DNA of 64,000 nt from a virus. Taxonomy: Duplodnaviria; Caudoviricetes. Shown piece after piece: positions 55,336 to 64,000 of this stretch. The DNA lies in the IMG/VR virus record IMGVR_UViG_3300021400_000045, positions 32,001 through 96,000 of that record, one strand, 5' to 3'. The notes under the pieces are model-generated. The model did no database searches and had not been told where the DNA came from. It saw only the letters and a list, made by a program, of their open reading frames with translations. Position 1 is the stretch's first letter, and each line of letters starts with the position of its first letter. The translations under genes and the position numbers were made by a program.

Positions 55336-58300
55336 TCAGATAGAGAAGCAGATGTAGAATCTGCTCGACGGGTTAGAACTAAACGATCCACTGCCCTGCG
55401 GGTTGATCCTGTACCAATACGAGTAAGAATAACCAGTCGGTTTTGTTCTTGTCGCCACATAGTCATAACCATATACCCACAGTCCGCCTTGCTGGCCTTG
55501 TGCCTTGAGGTGTTCTGAGCTCGTGACAGATCGTCCAGAAACATACCCAAGCTTTGCCACCGTCTCTGCGCTCAAGTAATAATACAGTGAGTAGTTGCGC
55601 GGTCTCCACACGTCGCCGTCTTTCACTGTGCCCGTCGAGGTTACGACAGTCGGGTCGTTGGCATAATTGGCGTTGGAGTTATAGTCATAGAAAGTCCTGT
55701 TTGACGGTATGATGATTGCTGGGGCCGTTACTCGGTTGGCAACGCTGTTGAATCTGCCGTACAATGAACCTTCTGACAGGTATGCCGCAGTACTTGTGCT
55801 ATAATACTCAGAATATGACGGGATATAGATCTTATCTTCGGAGTACTCTATTGTCGACGAGTTTGTCTCGCCAACAATAGCCGGGATCATGACCGCTCTG
55901 ATAATGACCTGCCACTCGGTCGGTAGCGCTGCAAAACACCTGTCGTTCAAGAAATTCCGTATCGGTGAATTTCCCCAGCCCAATTCTCTGTTTCCAAAGG
56001 CGTACGACAGGTAGGATAGTGAATTGGCCACGAAAGACGCCGCACATTTCTGCGCTGTACCGCCTGTTAGACGATACCTCTCAGCTCCACAGAACTCCAT
56101 GCGCCATGTCTCATGCGGCCAATTTGCGATCCTCTCACACACCGTGTTTCCGAGATCGTCATACCAGATCTTGCACCAGTGAATCCATCCCTTTGCGTAA
56201 TAATCCCAGGTGTTTCCGGCAAATGGCACACCGCCAAATGCAAGGTGCACATCAGAGGGCGTAAACGTCGTGCGGTACATAACAAGATTTGTTATCTCTT
56301 TATTATAAGAACCGCCGGTCGTGCCATTGGTCATAATCTGCATTAGCTGGGATCCTTTCTCATGTCTGATTACGATAATGCCTCGCTGGTAGCCGCTTCC
56401 GACAACATTGTTTCTGTCGCCCCACTGTATGTTCGGGTTCTGATTGTAACGTAGCCTGAATCCTTCGATCGCATTTCCGCTGATACAGGATACGAGTGTC
56501 GAGTCTACCTCGTTTGAAATAAACTCGTAGTCAATCGCCAATGTAAATGTCGGCGCATCTTCACCGAACAGCCTGATGCCAGTGTCAACCGCCCTTGTGC
56601 CATCAAAGAACTCCTCGTTCATGAGCACTTCTGAACGCACATTACCGGGTTGAGGCTCACCGCTTGTATCAAAGTCGAAATCAGCGCCAGCCACAATATC
56701 TATATAGTCCCTGTTCTCCCAATAGTTGTTGGCAACCCTTTCTCTGGCGACTGCATAGATCTGTGCGATCGTCATGTCTTTCAGGTCTACATACCCATCA
56801 GAGCCCTTCGCGGGCGGCAGGGATGCTGTATCCCATTTGGCATATACATCAGTATTGCCATTGATATGTCCTGTTGATTTGTCCCAGCCAGTGAACACAT
56901 AATAGATACCGTTGTTCTCCAGCGTGGTCATCGTCGGGAAGTCATACGGGTCATCGCTATAGGTGAGCTCAGCGCCATACTCTACATTCTCCACTGTCTT
57001 CAGTAAACGTCCTGGCTGTGCATACCAACGCACAGTATATGTGCGCACTTCTGTGTCATATGTCGCCACTACTCGTCTTGGCCCTGTAACCTTGCCGCTG
57101 ATGTTATCCCAACCACTCCATGTGTATGTATATTTTTCGTCTTCTTTGAGCTCCGGCGGGTCGATCTCGCCCGTGTCATACACAGGGTCAAGGATTGTCT
57201 GACCGGCTTCTACATACTGAATATACGCGGCTCCGCTCTTGTCCAAGATTGGGTTGCCGTCCATGTTCCAGAAGCTCACCTCGTACTCAGGGATAATGGT
57301 CACTTCTTCCTGGCTCTGGCTGATGGGCTTGATTTGCAGGTCGGGGTAGTAGGTCTGCATCAGCTCGTACACGCGCTGGCCGATGGCGTTGCACCTAATC
57401 GTGCCGGTGATAACGGGCCACAGCTTGTCCGCCCCCCTGCCTGTAACGAGGTCTCCTTCAGCGTTCAGCTGTTTGCCCTGTGCTACTGAAGAAGTCAGTA
57501 GTTTGAAGATGTCATAGTTGTCCTCGTCGTATACCTCGTCAATGTTCACCAGTCGCAGGCCGCGTGTCAGGCTGCTCAGCCGCTCGCTTACTATGTCTAG
57601 CATACCGGTGTTCGGCGTGTTTTCAATGTACAGGTAGTTTAGGTTATTGAGACTGTCATAACTGAAGTCGGTCAGGTACTTCTGATTGCGTAGCTCAATG
57701 CTTGTCGGTGCACCCAGTTCTAGCGTTTCCAGAATGCCGCCGTTCGCAAAGTAGATCGCGGGTGCTGAAGACCCGCTCGCCAGCACCACCCTGATCAGCT
57801 TGTTGTTTCTCAGATTGATGGCATTGAGAATGCCATTGCATCCCCTGATATTCAGAGTGTCCAGCAGCGAGCATGCGCTGGTGTCCAGTCCCTTCAGCGA
57901 GTCGTTGCTGTAGCCGTATGCGTTGGAGCCGATCAGCAGTGTCTTTAGTTTCTTTGCGTTCTGAAGCTGGATCTCGTAGGGTTTGAATGCCGCAAGGCTG
58001 GAAATATCGGTCAGGTTGGTCGCGCCCATGATATACACGGTATCAGAGACCTTCATAACATACACGTTTGAACCCTCGATCTTAACGTCGGGTGCAAAGA
58101 GTTCGGCAGTTTCGCCTGCGGCCTTCTTGGTGCTCATCACTGGCGTATTGCTGTCGCCGTACTTGATACCCATATACATGCTTTGGATTGCCTTCAGGTC
58201 GATCTTTGTGTCTTCACGCGCAAGAGGCGCACCGCATCTGAAGGTGATCTGGTCATACGTGAATTGCGGGGTCTGATACTTGGAGTACAGCATCATTGAC

Positions 58301-61300
58301 CTCCGGTAGATAAAGCTCTCCTTCTGTTCAGTACGGCTGCCGCGAAGCAGGTACTGATACTCGTGGGTCTTCGTCCACCGACTGTCCTGTGTTGGGTCTC
58401 CTACCACTTCACTTGTGTCTTTTGAATAATCGATATAGCCCTCTGTCCATGGCGCTTCATATTTGTATACCATGTCTTCATTGACAATGGTCGGGCACAC
58501 CAGATTTGCGTTTTCTGTGATGTGCGTCTGGGTCAGTACAGTATGGTTCAGTGTGCCGGTTCCTTCAGAGGGGTTGGCCAGCCTCTGCGCACGCTCCTTG
58601 ATCTCCGTGCCCATCGCTTCTTCAAACATGCACCACAGTCTGCTGTCGTGTCCGTTGAACTGGTATCTGCCGCCAAGGTAATATGTCCAGTCCGCGTAGT
58701 ACGGGATGTTCAGGTAGCCGGAGTTCTCTACGCCAAAGCAGCTGTCCAGGTCATACAGGTCGGTATACCAGATGCAGAAGGTCGAGTTTTCCCAGTCGAT
58801 TTTGCTGGCGTCCACAGCGCCGGTTTCATCATCCACAATATCCCAGATTGAATGCACGTTACTGTCTGTGAACACCAGATGTTCAACAGTCGTGTCTTTA
58901 CAAGACAAGAACATGTTCTTTGCACGATTGTCAGCCAGCGCTACCCACTCAATAAACAGATAGTATACCAGAGCGTGTTCCATATTGAAGTGTCTGGTAA
59001 ACTCATTGGTAAAGATGGCTTTCTTATAGTCGCGCTCATTGGTGTAGGACTGACCGTTATAGGTGTATGTGCCGGTCGTCTCTGCTGATGCATCCCAGAA
59101 GTTCGCCCGCTGGTACACCCACGTAAACAGCGCCTGTACATAGTCATATTTCGGCTCGATACCGGCCTTGTCCAGATCGCCCTCGTCGGGGTAACAGCTT
59201 TCAAGCGCGTCGCGCACGCTCCTGCGCCACGTCGTAATACCCGTAGCCGTGTCGGTCGAAGAAATCTTCGTCATCATACGGTCGGTCGTAAAGGTGCACA
59301 GCGGCTTCGAGTTATCCTTGAACTCCCACTTCTGCTCCTTGGTATTGGCTCCGCTGTCACCTTCCGTCTCCAGCCCGAAGGACTTGCTGTTTGACTTGTC
59401 ATTATTCAGGCACCCGTCACCGGCGAACGCGATCACGCCGTCCGCGTAATTGTTAAAGTCCAGGTTTTCCAGGAACTGCGCATACTTCTCCTGGTCAAAC
59501 TCTTCGCGGTTAAAGCCCTCCAGGAAGTCGCCCTCGCTCATATTGAACAGCAGACACCTGAAGCCCCAGATGGTGTTTTGCAGGATGTTCGCGTTCTTCA
59601 TACCGGCAAACGTCTCAGCCCTGTCCTCAAACAGCGTGTCCGCGATGTTCGCGTTGAAGGTGTTCGCGTGGTCAGTAGACATGTAGTCCATCTTAAAGCA
59701 CAGCGTGCTTTCGGGAACGCTCAGATTATTGCCGCTTGAGTCCTTCCCTTTGAGCGCGTATTTTACCTTCTCGGTGCCGGTGATGATCTTGTGGCCATCC
59801 TCGTCGAGCACAGGGTTCCCTTGCTCGTCCACTTCATATTTGTTCTTTTCAAGCTTGACCTTGAAGTTCTTTCTCATGAACTTCTGCGATGACGTACCCT
59901 GCACCTTGATGCTGGGTATGAACTTGGTGTCGTCCCTGTCCAGCAGGGAGAACTCTGTCTTATAACCGCCGTGTCCGTCGGGCTTCGTCAGCACCACGCC
60001 CACATATTGCGTGTCAGCTTTCGTGTTTGAAAGCCTGCCGATGAACAGCAGACACGGGTACTTGAGTCTTGCCTTTACATAGGAAATACTTTTGCTGTTG
60101 TCGAGCACATCATTGTACTCGTTCTCGGCGATGCGCTCGCGGATGTCCACAGAAGAGTTCTTATGGTTCTGCAGCACCTGCGTCCTGTCCAGTCCAATAT
60201 TGTACAGCCGCACGTCGTAAAGCTTTGTCACGCAGTCTTTGGAGCCGATGGTGATGATAGCGTTGCTGTCATACTTGTCCTTCTCGTCATACAGGAAGGA
60301 GTTCGCGTACTCGCCGTTGATGTAGATGTTGGCATGGCTGATAAAGTCATTGCTGGCCGTCTTGGCCCACGGCTCGATAACAAAGGATACCCTGATGCGT
60401 TTTTCATCCTTGATGTACGCGCACGGGATGGCGTCCTCGTTTTCAATAAAGCCAGTGCTGTCCATAACGGCCTGCTGTCCGTCAGCCAGCAGATAGCATA
60501 CCTGCGGCGTGATCACAAAGCCGACGCCATCCTCATTCATGCACGTAAAGACTGGCGTATTCTGGTTCGTCACATCACTGAGTTCAAACTCGAACTCCAT
60601 CGTGCGTCCCTTGGTCACCACTTTCGCACCTTGCTGGGAGTCCAGCATCACGTCGTCGCCGTCTGCGTTTTCATACCATGTCGAAAGTATCGGCAGGTCG
60701 ATGTTCATTCTCGCCGAACCGGTCAGCGTCAGCGCGTCGCCGCCCAGATAGCCGTCCGTGACCCAGTTGAAGCCAGTCATGCGCGTGTACACATTACACT
60801 CATTGCCGACCGCGTCCTCAAACTTGTACACATACTGCTCCTTGCCGGTGCTGTTGTTCGTATAGCCGATCGGCTTGTAGGAGTATACCAGCCCGGTTGT
60901 GATCGATGTCAGGTCGTAGTCCGAGGTAACGTCGGTCACCTCAAACTCCAGCACAGTCACGGTACTGCCGCTTGAAATCTCGATGTATGCCTTGCCCTTG
61001 TCCGGGTAATTGCTGATCTTGGGCGTCTGCATCACATTGTTGGGTACGTCGATTTCATTGGCGGTGAAGTACTCAGTGCCGTCATCGTCATACACCCTAA
61101 TGTTCAACTCGTCCGTCTTCTCCTGTCCGGGCGTAAAGCAAACGTAGTTCAGCTGTACCTGTTCGCCGTTCTCGATGGTGTAGTCGCTCAGCGTAGCGCC
61201 GATGATGGTCGCCGTGCTGTCACCGTTGTTGTATAGCACGATGAACTCCAGGATGTTCGACTTCGCGCCGTCGTCCAGTTCAAACCACAGCTTCAGGTTG

Positions 61301-62625
61301 TGTGCGCCGTATTCATAATTGTCGGTCATCTCCACCTGCATCGAAAGCGATTTGTTATGCGACTTGCCGACATTCACGCTCCTGTATTCCTTGTCGTCGA
61401 TAAAGCAGCGCACCGTCTTGTTGAGGTCGTAGCCGATACAGGTGTACTGAAGGCCGAAGTTGCCCGTGTACGTAGCCGTCTGGTCAAAATTGCAGACGAT
61501 TGAAATGGGCACGGTGGTGATGCTGAATGACAGCGCGTCAGCGGACGCCTTGTCGTCCTCTCTGCCGTTCGAGCACACGATGCGGATATTGGTCGTCAGC
61601 GATCTGTCCGCCGATACGGCCAGCATATCCGTTACGTCGATCGTCTGCATCACACTGCTGGGGATCTGCACGTTCGTCATACCGATCACGTTGTTCCAGC
61701 TCGTGTCTGTGGACAGCTTGTACTGCACGGTCATAAAGCCGTTCATGGTCTGTAGTGTATTGCCGAAGTACTCTGTATAGGTAAACTTGAGCAGCGTTCT
61801 CTGCTCCTTGGAAGACGCTACCGAGAACACGGACGACGTCATGTGGTTCTCCAGTCGCACGTTATACGTCGCCTGACCCGTGCCGCCCTCGATCAGGAAG
61901 GGGCCGTCATACAGTTCGTTGCCGGTCGCGTCCTTGAAGTGCAGGTAATGGTTGGCGTCATACGACACATTGTGTATCGTCTCCGGCACCTCAAACGGCT
62001 CAAACCCTTCCACGTCCGTGCCTTCCATTGTCAGGTGCAGCTTACGGTCGGCGTCCACATAACCGCCGTCGAACCCGACGCCGCTGGAGAAGTCCACGCC
62101 AGTACCGATGATGGCGTCGTCATGCTTCAGGTAGATCTTCCCGTCGATCACGGTCAGGTCGTCCACCTGATTCCCCTCCACGGTTTGCACGCGCCGCGTC
62201 AGCCCCGGTATCGTCGTCTCATTGATGGTCTGCACCGTCCCGCTCAGCGTGTCCACAGTGGTCTTGTCCGCTTTGTCCGCAAGGCTTTCCTGGATCGCGG
62301 GGATCGTCGTATCCTTGATCGCGTCCACGTCGTTCCGCAGGTTCACGATGGTCTCAGATGTCGCCATCTCCCCGACCGCCGTTTCCAGGTCTTCCACCTT
62401 CTGGTTGATCGCGGGGATCGTCGTATCCTTGATCGTGCCCACATCGGTCTCAAGACCCGTCACCTTCGTGGTCAGGCCGGGGAGGGTCGTGTTCTGTATC
62501 GTGTCCGTCTGCCCCTGTAGGCCTTCGATCGCTTCAGCGTTCGCCTCGATGCCGTCCTCCATGTTGTTCAGGTCGGGCGCTTCAATGATTTGTCCGGTCT
62601 CCCATACCTTTTTTGTATATGCCAA
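55336..62625 (-). CDS. giant virion/adhesin protein (2429 aa)
   Basis: N-terminal YTKKVW..G..I.A..LNNMEDGI; coiled repeats; LamG-like, CotH-like (QGTSS..F.RKNFK, DNRAKNMF, YDLDS), LRR-like and DUF6273-like C-terminal segments. Confidence 0.75.
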   Translation of the reverse strand: MAYTKKVWETGQIIEAPDLNNMEDGIEANAEAIEGLQGQTDTIQNTTLPGLTTKVTGLETDVGTIKDTTIPAINQKVEDLETAVGEMATSETIVNLRNDVDAIKDTTIPAIQESLADKADKTTVDTLSGTVQTINETTIPGLTRRVQTVEGNQVDDLTVIDGKIYLKHDDAIIGTGVDFSSGVGFDGGYVDADRKLHLTMEGTDVEGFEPFEVPETIHNVSYDANHYLHFKDATGNELYDGPFLIEGGTGQATYNVRLENHMTSSVFSVASSKEQRTLLKFTYTEYFGNTLQTMNGFMTVQYKLSTDTSWNNVIGMTNVQIPSSVMQTIDVTDMLAVSADRSLTTNIRIVCSNGREDDKASADALSFSITTVPISIVCNFDQTATYTGNFGLQYTCIGYDLNKTVRCFIDDKEYRSVNVGKSHNKSLSMQVEMTDNYEYGAHNLKLWFELDDGAKSNILEFIVLYNNGDSTATIIGATLSDYTIENGEQVQLNYVCFTPGQEKTDELNIRVYDDDGTEYFTANEIDVPNNVMQTPKISNYPDKGKAYIEISSGSTVTVLEFEVTDVTSDYDLTSITTGLVYSYKPIGYTNNSTGKEQYVYKFEDAVGNECNVYTRMTGFNWVTDGYLGGDALTLTGSARMNIDLPILSTWYENADGDDVMLDSQQGAKVVTKGRTMEFEFELSDVTNQNTPVFTCMNEDGVGFVITPQVCYLLADGQQAVMDSTGFIENEDAIPCAYIKDEKRIRVSFVIEPWAKTASNDFISHANIYINGEYANSFLYDEKDKYDSNAIITIGSKDCVTKLYDVRLYNIGLDRTQVLQNHKNSSVDIRERIAENEYNDVLDNSKSISYVKARLKYPCLLFIGRLSNTKADTQYVGVVLTKPDGHGGYKTEFSLLDRDDTKFIPSIKVQGTSSQKFMRKNFKVKLEKNKYEVDEQGNPVLDEDGHKIITGTEKVKYALKGKDSSGNNLSVPESTLCFKMDYMSTDHANTFNANIADTLFEDRAETFAGMKNANILQNTIWGFRCLLFNMSEGDFLEGFNREEFDQEKYAQFLENLDFNNYADGVIAFAGDGCLNNDKSNSKSFGLETEGDSGANTKEQKWEFKDNSKPLCTFTTDRMMTKISSTDTATGITTWRRSVRDALESCYPDEGDLDKAGIEPKYDYVQALFTWVYQRANFWDASAETTGTYTYNGQSYTNERDYKKAIFTNEFTRHFNMEHALVYYLFIEWVALADNRAKNMFLSCKDTTVEHLVFTDSNVHSIWDIVDDETGAVDASKIDWENSTFCIWYTDLYDLDSCFGVENSGYLNIPYYADWTYYLGGRYQFNGHDSRLWCMFEEAMGTEIKERAQRLANPSEGTGTLNHTVLTQTHITENANLVCPTIVNEDMVYKYEAPWTEGYIDYSKDTSEVVGDPTQDSRWTKTHEYQYLLRGSRTEQKESFIYRRSMMLYSKYQTPQFTYDQITFRCGAPLAREDTKIDLKAIQSMYMGIKYGDSNTPVMSTKKAAGETAELFAPDVKIEGSNVYVMKVSDTVYIMGATNLTDISSLAAFKPYEIQLQNAKKLKTLLIGSNAYGYSNDSLKGLDTSACSLLDTLNIRGCNGILNAINLRNNKLIRVVLASGSSAPAIYFANGGILETLELGAPTSIELRNQKYLTDFSYDSLNNLNYLYIENTPNTGMLDIVSERLSSLTRGLRLVNIDEVYDEDNYDIFKLLTSSVAQGKQLNAEGDLVTGRGADKLWPVITGTIRCNAIGQRVYELMQTYYPDLQIKPISQSQEEVTIIPEYEVSFWNMDGNPILDKSGAAYIQYVEAGQTILDPVYDTGEIDPPELKEDEKYTYTWSGWDNISGKVTGPRRVVATYDTEVRTYTVRWYAQPGRLLKTVENVEYGAELTYSDDPYDFPTMTTLENNGIYYVFTGWDKSTGHINGNTDVYAKWDTASLPPAKGSDGYVDLKDMTIAQIYAVARERVANNYWENRDYIDIVAGADFDFDTSGEPQPGNVRSEVLMNEEFFDGTRAVDTGIRLFGEDAPTFTLAIDYEFISNEVDSTLVSCISGNAIEGFRLRYNQNPNIQWGDRNNVVGSGYQRGIIVIRHEKGSQLMQIMTNGTTGGSYNKEITNLVMYRTTFTPSDVHLAFGGVPFAGNTWDYYAKGWIHWCKIWYDDLGNTVCERIANWPHETWRMEFCGAERYRLTGGTAQKCAASFVANSLSYLSYAFGNRELGWGNSPIRNFLNDRCFAALPTEWQVIIRAVMIPAIVGETNSSTIEYSEDKIYIPSYSEYYSTSTAAYLSEGSLYGRFNSVANRVTAPAIIIPSNRTFYDYNSNANYANDPTVVTSTGTVKDGDVWRPRNYSLYYYLSAETVAKLGYVSGRSVTSSEHLKAQGQQGGLWVYGYDYVATRTKPTGYSYSYWYRINPQGSGSFSSNPSSRFYICFSI

Positions 62626-62638
62626 GTTGTCTCATCTC

Positions 62639-63238
62639 CTATCCTACAGAATGCGTTCCCACGATGGCCGATCCGACGTAGGCGACCGTGATGACCACGA
62701 TTCCATAATGGTCTTCCCAAATCATGTCGCGGGAAAACTGTATGTAGTTCCTGCCGCCGATCTTCAGATAATTGACGGCCTCCCACGCACTGTCACAATA
62801 CGGCTCCGTATAGCTCGGTTCGCCCTTCGTATACGTGATCTTCGTGCGCGTCCAGATATATTTGTTCATCTCCCAGGCCGGTGCTTCGCTCAGCCACTCG
62901 CCGCCGACCTGTTCACTGTTGCTCTCTGATAAATAGTACTGTGCCTCCACGCTCGCAACGCCGTTGCCGTCGTCGCCGTGGTTGCCTGTGATGCATGCGG
63001 GTTGGCTCTCCACCGGGGCCACGTCCTCGTCGTCATACACCACCACTGTCTTTGTCCATATGTAGATGCCGGGAGACCAGGCCGGAGCTTCCTCGCTCCA
63101 GCCCGTCTCTCCCGCGTCGATCAGCTCCTGATTGCTGGTCGATGCAAAATATAATACCTTCGTGAACAATACGCCAATACCATCGTTCACGTCAGTGATC
63201 GTTATATGCCCCGTGGCAATGATCGCCATATCGTTCAC
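62639..63238 (-). CDS. tail fibre-related protein
   Basis: ATG.ITITDVNDG; two W....P.W....YIWT.T repeats; IGGRNY. Confidence 0.7.
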   Translation of the reverse strand: MNDMAIIATGHITITDVNDGIGVLFTKVLYFASTSNQELIDAGETGWSEEAPAWSPGIYIWTKTVVVYDDEDVAPVESQPACITGNHGDDGNGVASVEAQYYLSESNSEQVGGEWLSEAPAWEMNKYIWTRTKITYTKGEPSYTEPYCDSAWEAVNYLKIGGRNYIQFSRDMIWEDHYGIVVITVAYVGSAIVGTHSVG

Positions 63239-63251
63239 CGCTTCCTGTTAG

Positions 63252-63665
63252 TTATTCTGTGACTTCTTTCCAACCGGCGGGGTAGGCCGTCGGGCTCCAG
63301 ATATTGTTATCGATCACACTTTCGTAGACCTTCCCCTCAAACATCACCTTATCACCCTTCATGTACGGGTTAGTGCTGTCCGGCTGTACCCATTCAGGTA
63401 TGACCTCCGGGTCGGGTATCAGTACCTTCGCAAACAAACTGTAGCTTACGTCCGGCGTCCAATCCGTCTGGCTCGTATGTCCGATCAGTACTTTGTACAG
63501 TACACCTTCGTACTGAACCCTCTGCCCCACGGCATATTCGGTGTCAGGTTTCCACGGTTCGTACAGGTACGGTACTTGCATGGCTTGTTCGTCGCCGAGC
63601 TCTTCCATCATTTTCTTGAAGATCTCGTGGTACCTGATTGCTTCGGCCTTCGTGATATTAAACAT
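63252..63665 (-). CDS. tandem CBM5/12-like carbohydrate-binding protein
   Basis: W.P..EY.VG.RVQY.G.LYKV...HTSQ.DWTPD; WVQP...NPY.KGDKV...G..YES..DNN.WSP..YP.GW. Confidence 0.8.
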   Translation of the reverse strand: MFNITKAEAIRYHEIFKKMMEELGDEQAMQVPYLYEPWKPDTEYAVGQRVQYEGVLYKVLIGHTSQTDWTPDVSYSLFAKVLIPDPEVIPEWVQPDSTNPYMKGDKVMFEGKVYESVIDNNIWSPTAYPAGWKEVTE

Positions 63666-63862
63666 TACGCCTCGCCTCCGATCAGGATATCGACGAACTC
63701 AGCCGCAGTCAGTCCGCGTTCTGCGTCTTCTATATATGCTTCGCCGGTGATTTGTTCGTACTGTTCAGCCGTAATTTGGCTGTGTTCTACGGCATGGCCT
63801 ACGGCCTTTTTGCCCCAGAGGTGATTATCGTAATAGTTTTTAATCTGTTCAAACCTCTCCAT
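63665..63862 (-). CDS. XkdX-family protein
   Basis: FEQIK.YY...LW....V..AV....IT.EQY.QITG..Y. Confidence 0.85.
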   Translation of the reverse strand: MERFEQIKNYYDNHLWGKKAVGHAVEHSQITAEQYEQITGEAYIEDAERGLTAAEFVDILIGGEA

Positions 63863-63998
63863 CGGGTTCCACCTCTTCTTCTGACGGGTCTAACCAGATG
63901 CCCATCATTTCGTTATAATCTTTTTGCGCTTCAAGCTTGACCGCTTCAGCCGCCTGGTTCTCGGCCTGCGTGCGTTCAAGCAGAGTGCCTGATAATTG
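63849..63998 (-). CDS. 3' end of a gene truncated by the window edge
   Basis: open frame QLSGTLLERTQAENQ...DYNEMMGIWLDP..EV* overlapping the XkdX start. Confidence 0.55.
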   Translation of the reverse strand, partial: QLSGTLLERTQAENQAAEAVKLEAQKDYNEMMGIWLDPSEEEVEPDGEV

Positions 63999-64000
63999 TA

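Noticed and set aside
55336-55600. Diversity-generating retroelement target at the C-terminus of the giant protein
   Set aside because: No reverse transcriptase or template repeat was seen in the window; one cannot be excluded elsewhere in the genome.

Overview
A 64-kb internal segment of a large, GC-rich, temperate tailed phage genome. Its host is probably a Firmicute (Clostridia-like), inferred from sigmaA promoters, strong AGGAG RBSs, ThyX, NrdDG, XkdX and an amidase. The + strand arm (1-32.5 kb) carries small early genes, a C5 DNA methyltransferase, an RNA ligase, a lysozyme, ParB/ERF/SSB/nuclease/primase-helicase, DnaE split by a group I intron, ThyX, NrdD split by a group I intron with an HNH homing endonuclease, NrdG, an ArgR-like protein, dUTPase and two tail-type genes. 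The centre (32.5-35.5 kb) holds a nuclease-plus-ncRNA module, attP (3' part of tRNA-Thr) and a tyrosine integrase. The - strand arm (35.6-64 kb) encodes tail fibres/adhesins, a lysis cassette and a 4211-aa tape measure protein. The most striking unexplained structure is an AT-rich array of eight single-ORF cassettes (17.47-19.37 kb). Each is delimited by a repeat ACT(T/A)AAA-TAGGAG-NTTA whose 6-bp centre is the ribosome-binding site, suggesting an integron-like gene-capture array, and the array ends at a tRNA-like element. Also notable are a PBECR-fold nuclease followed by a self-promoted structured ncRNA (candidate RNA-antitoxin system) and a nested +1-frame gene inside the methyltransferase. 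All family assignments are by eye from motifs; no searches were run.
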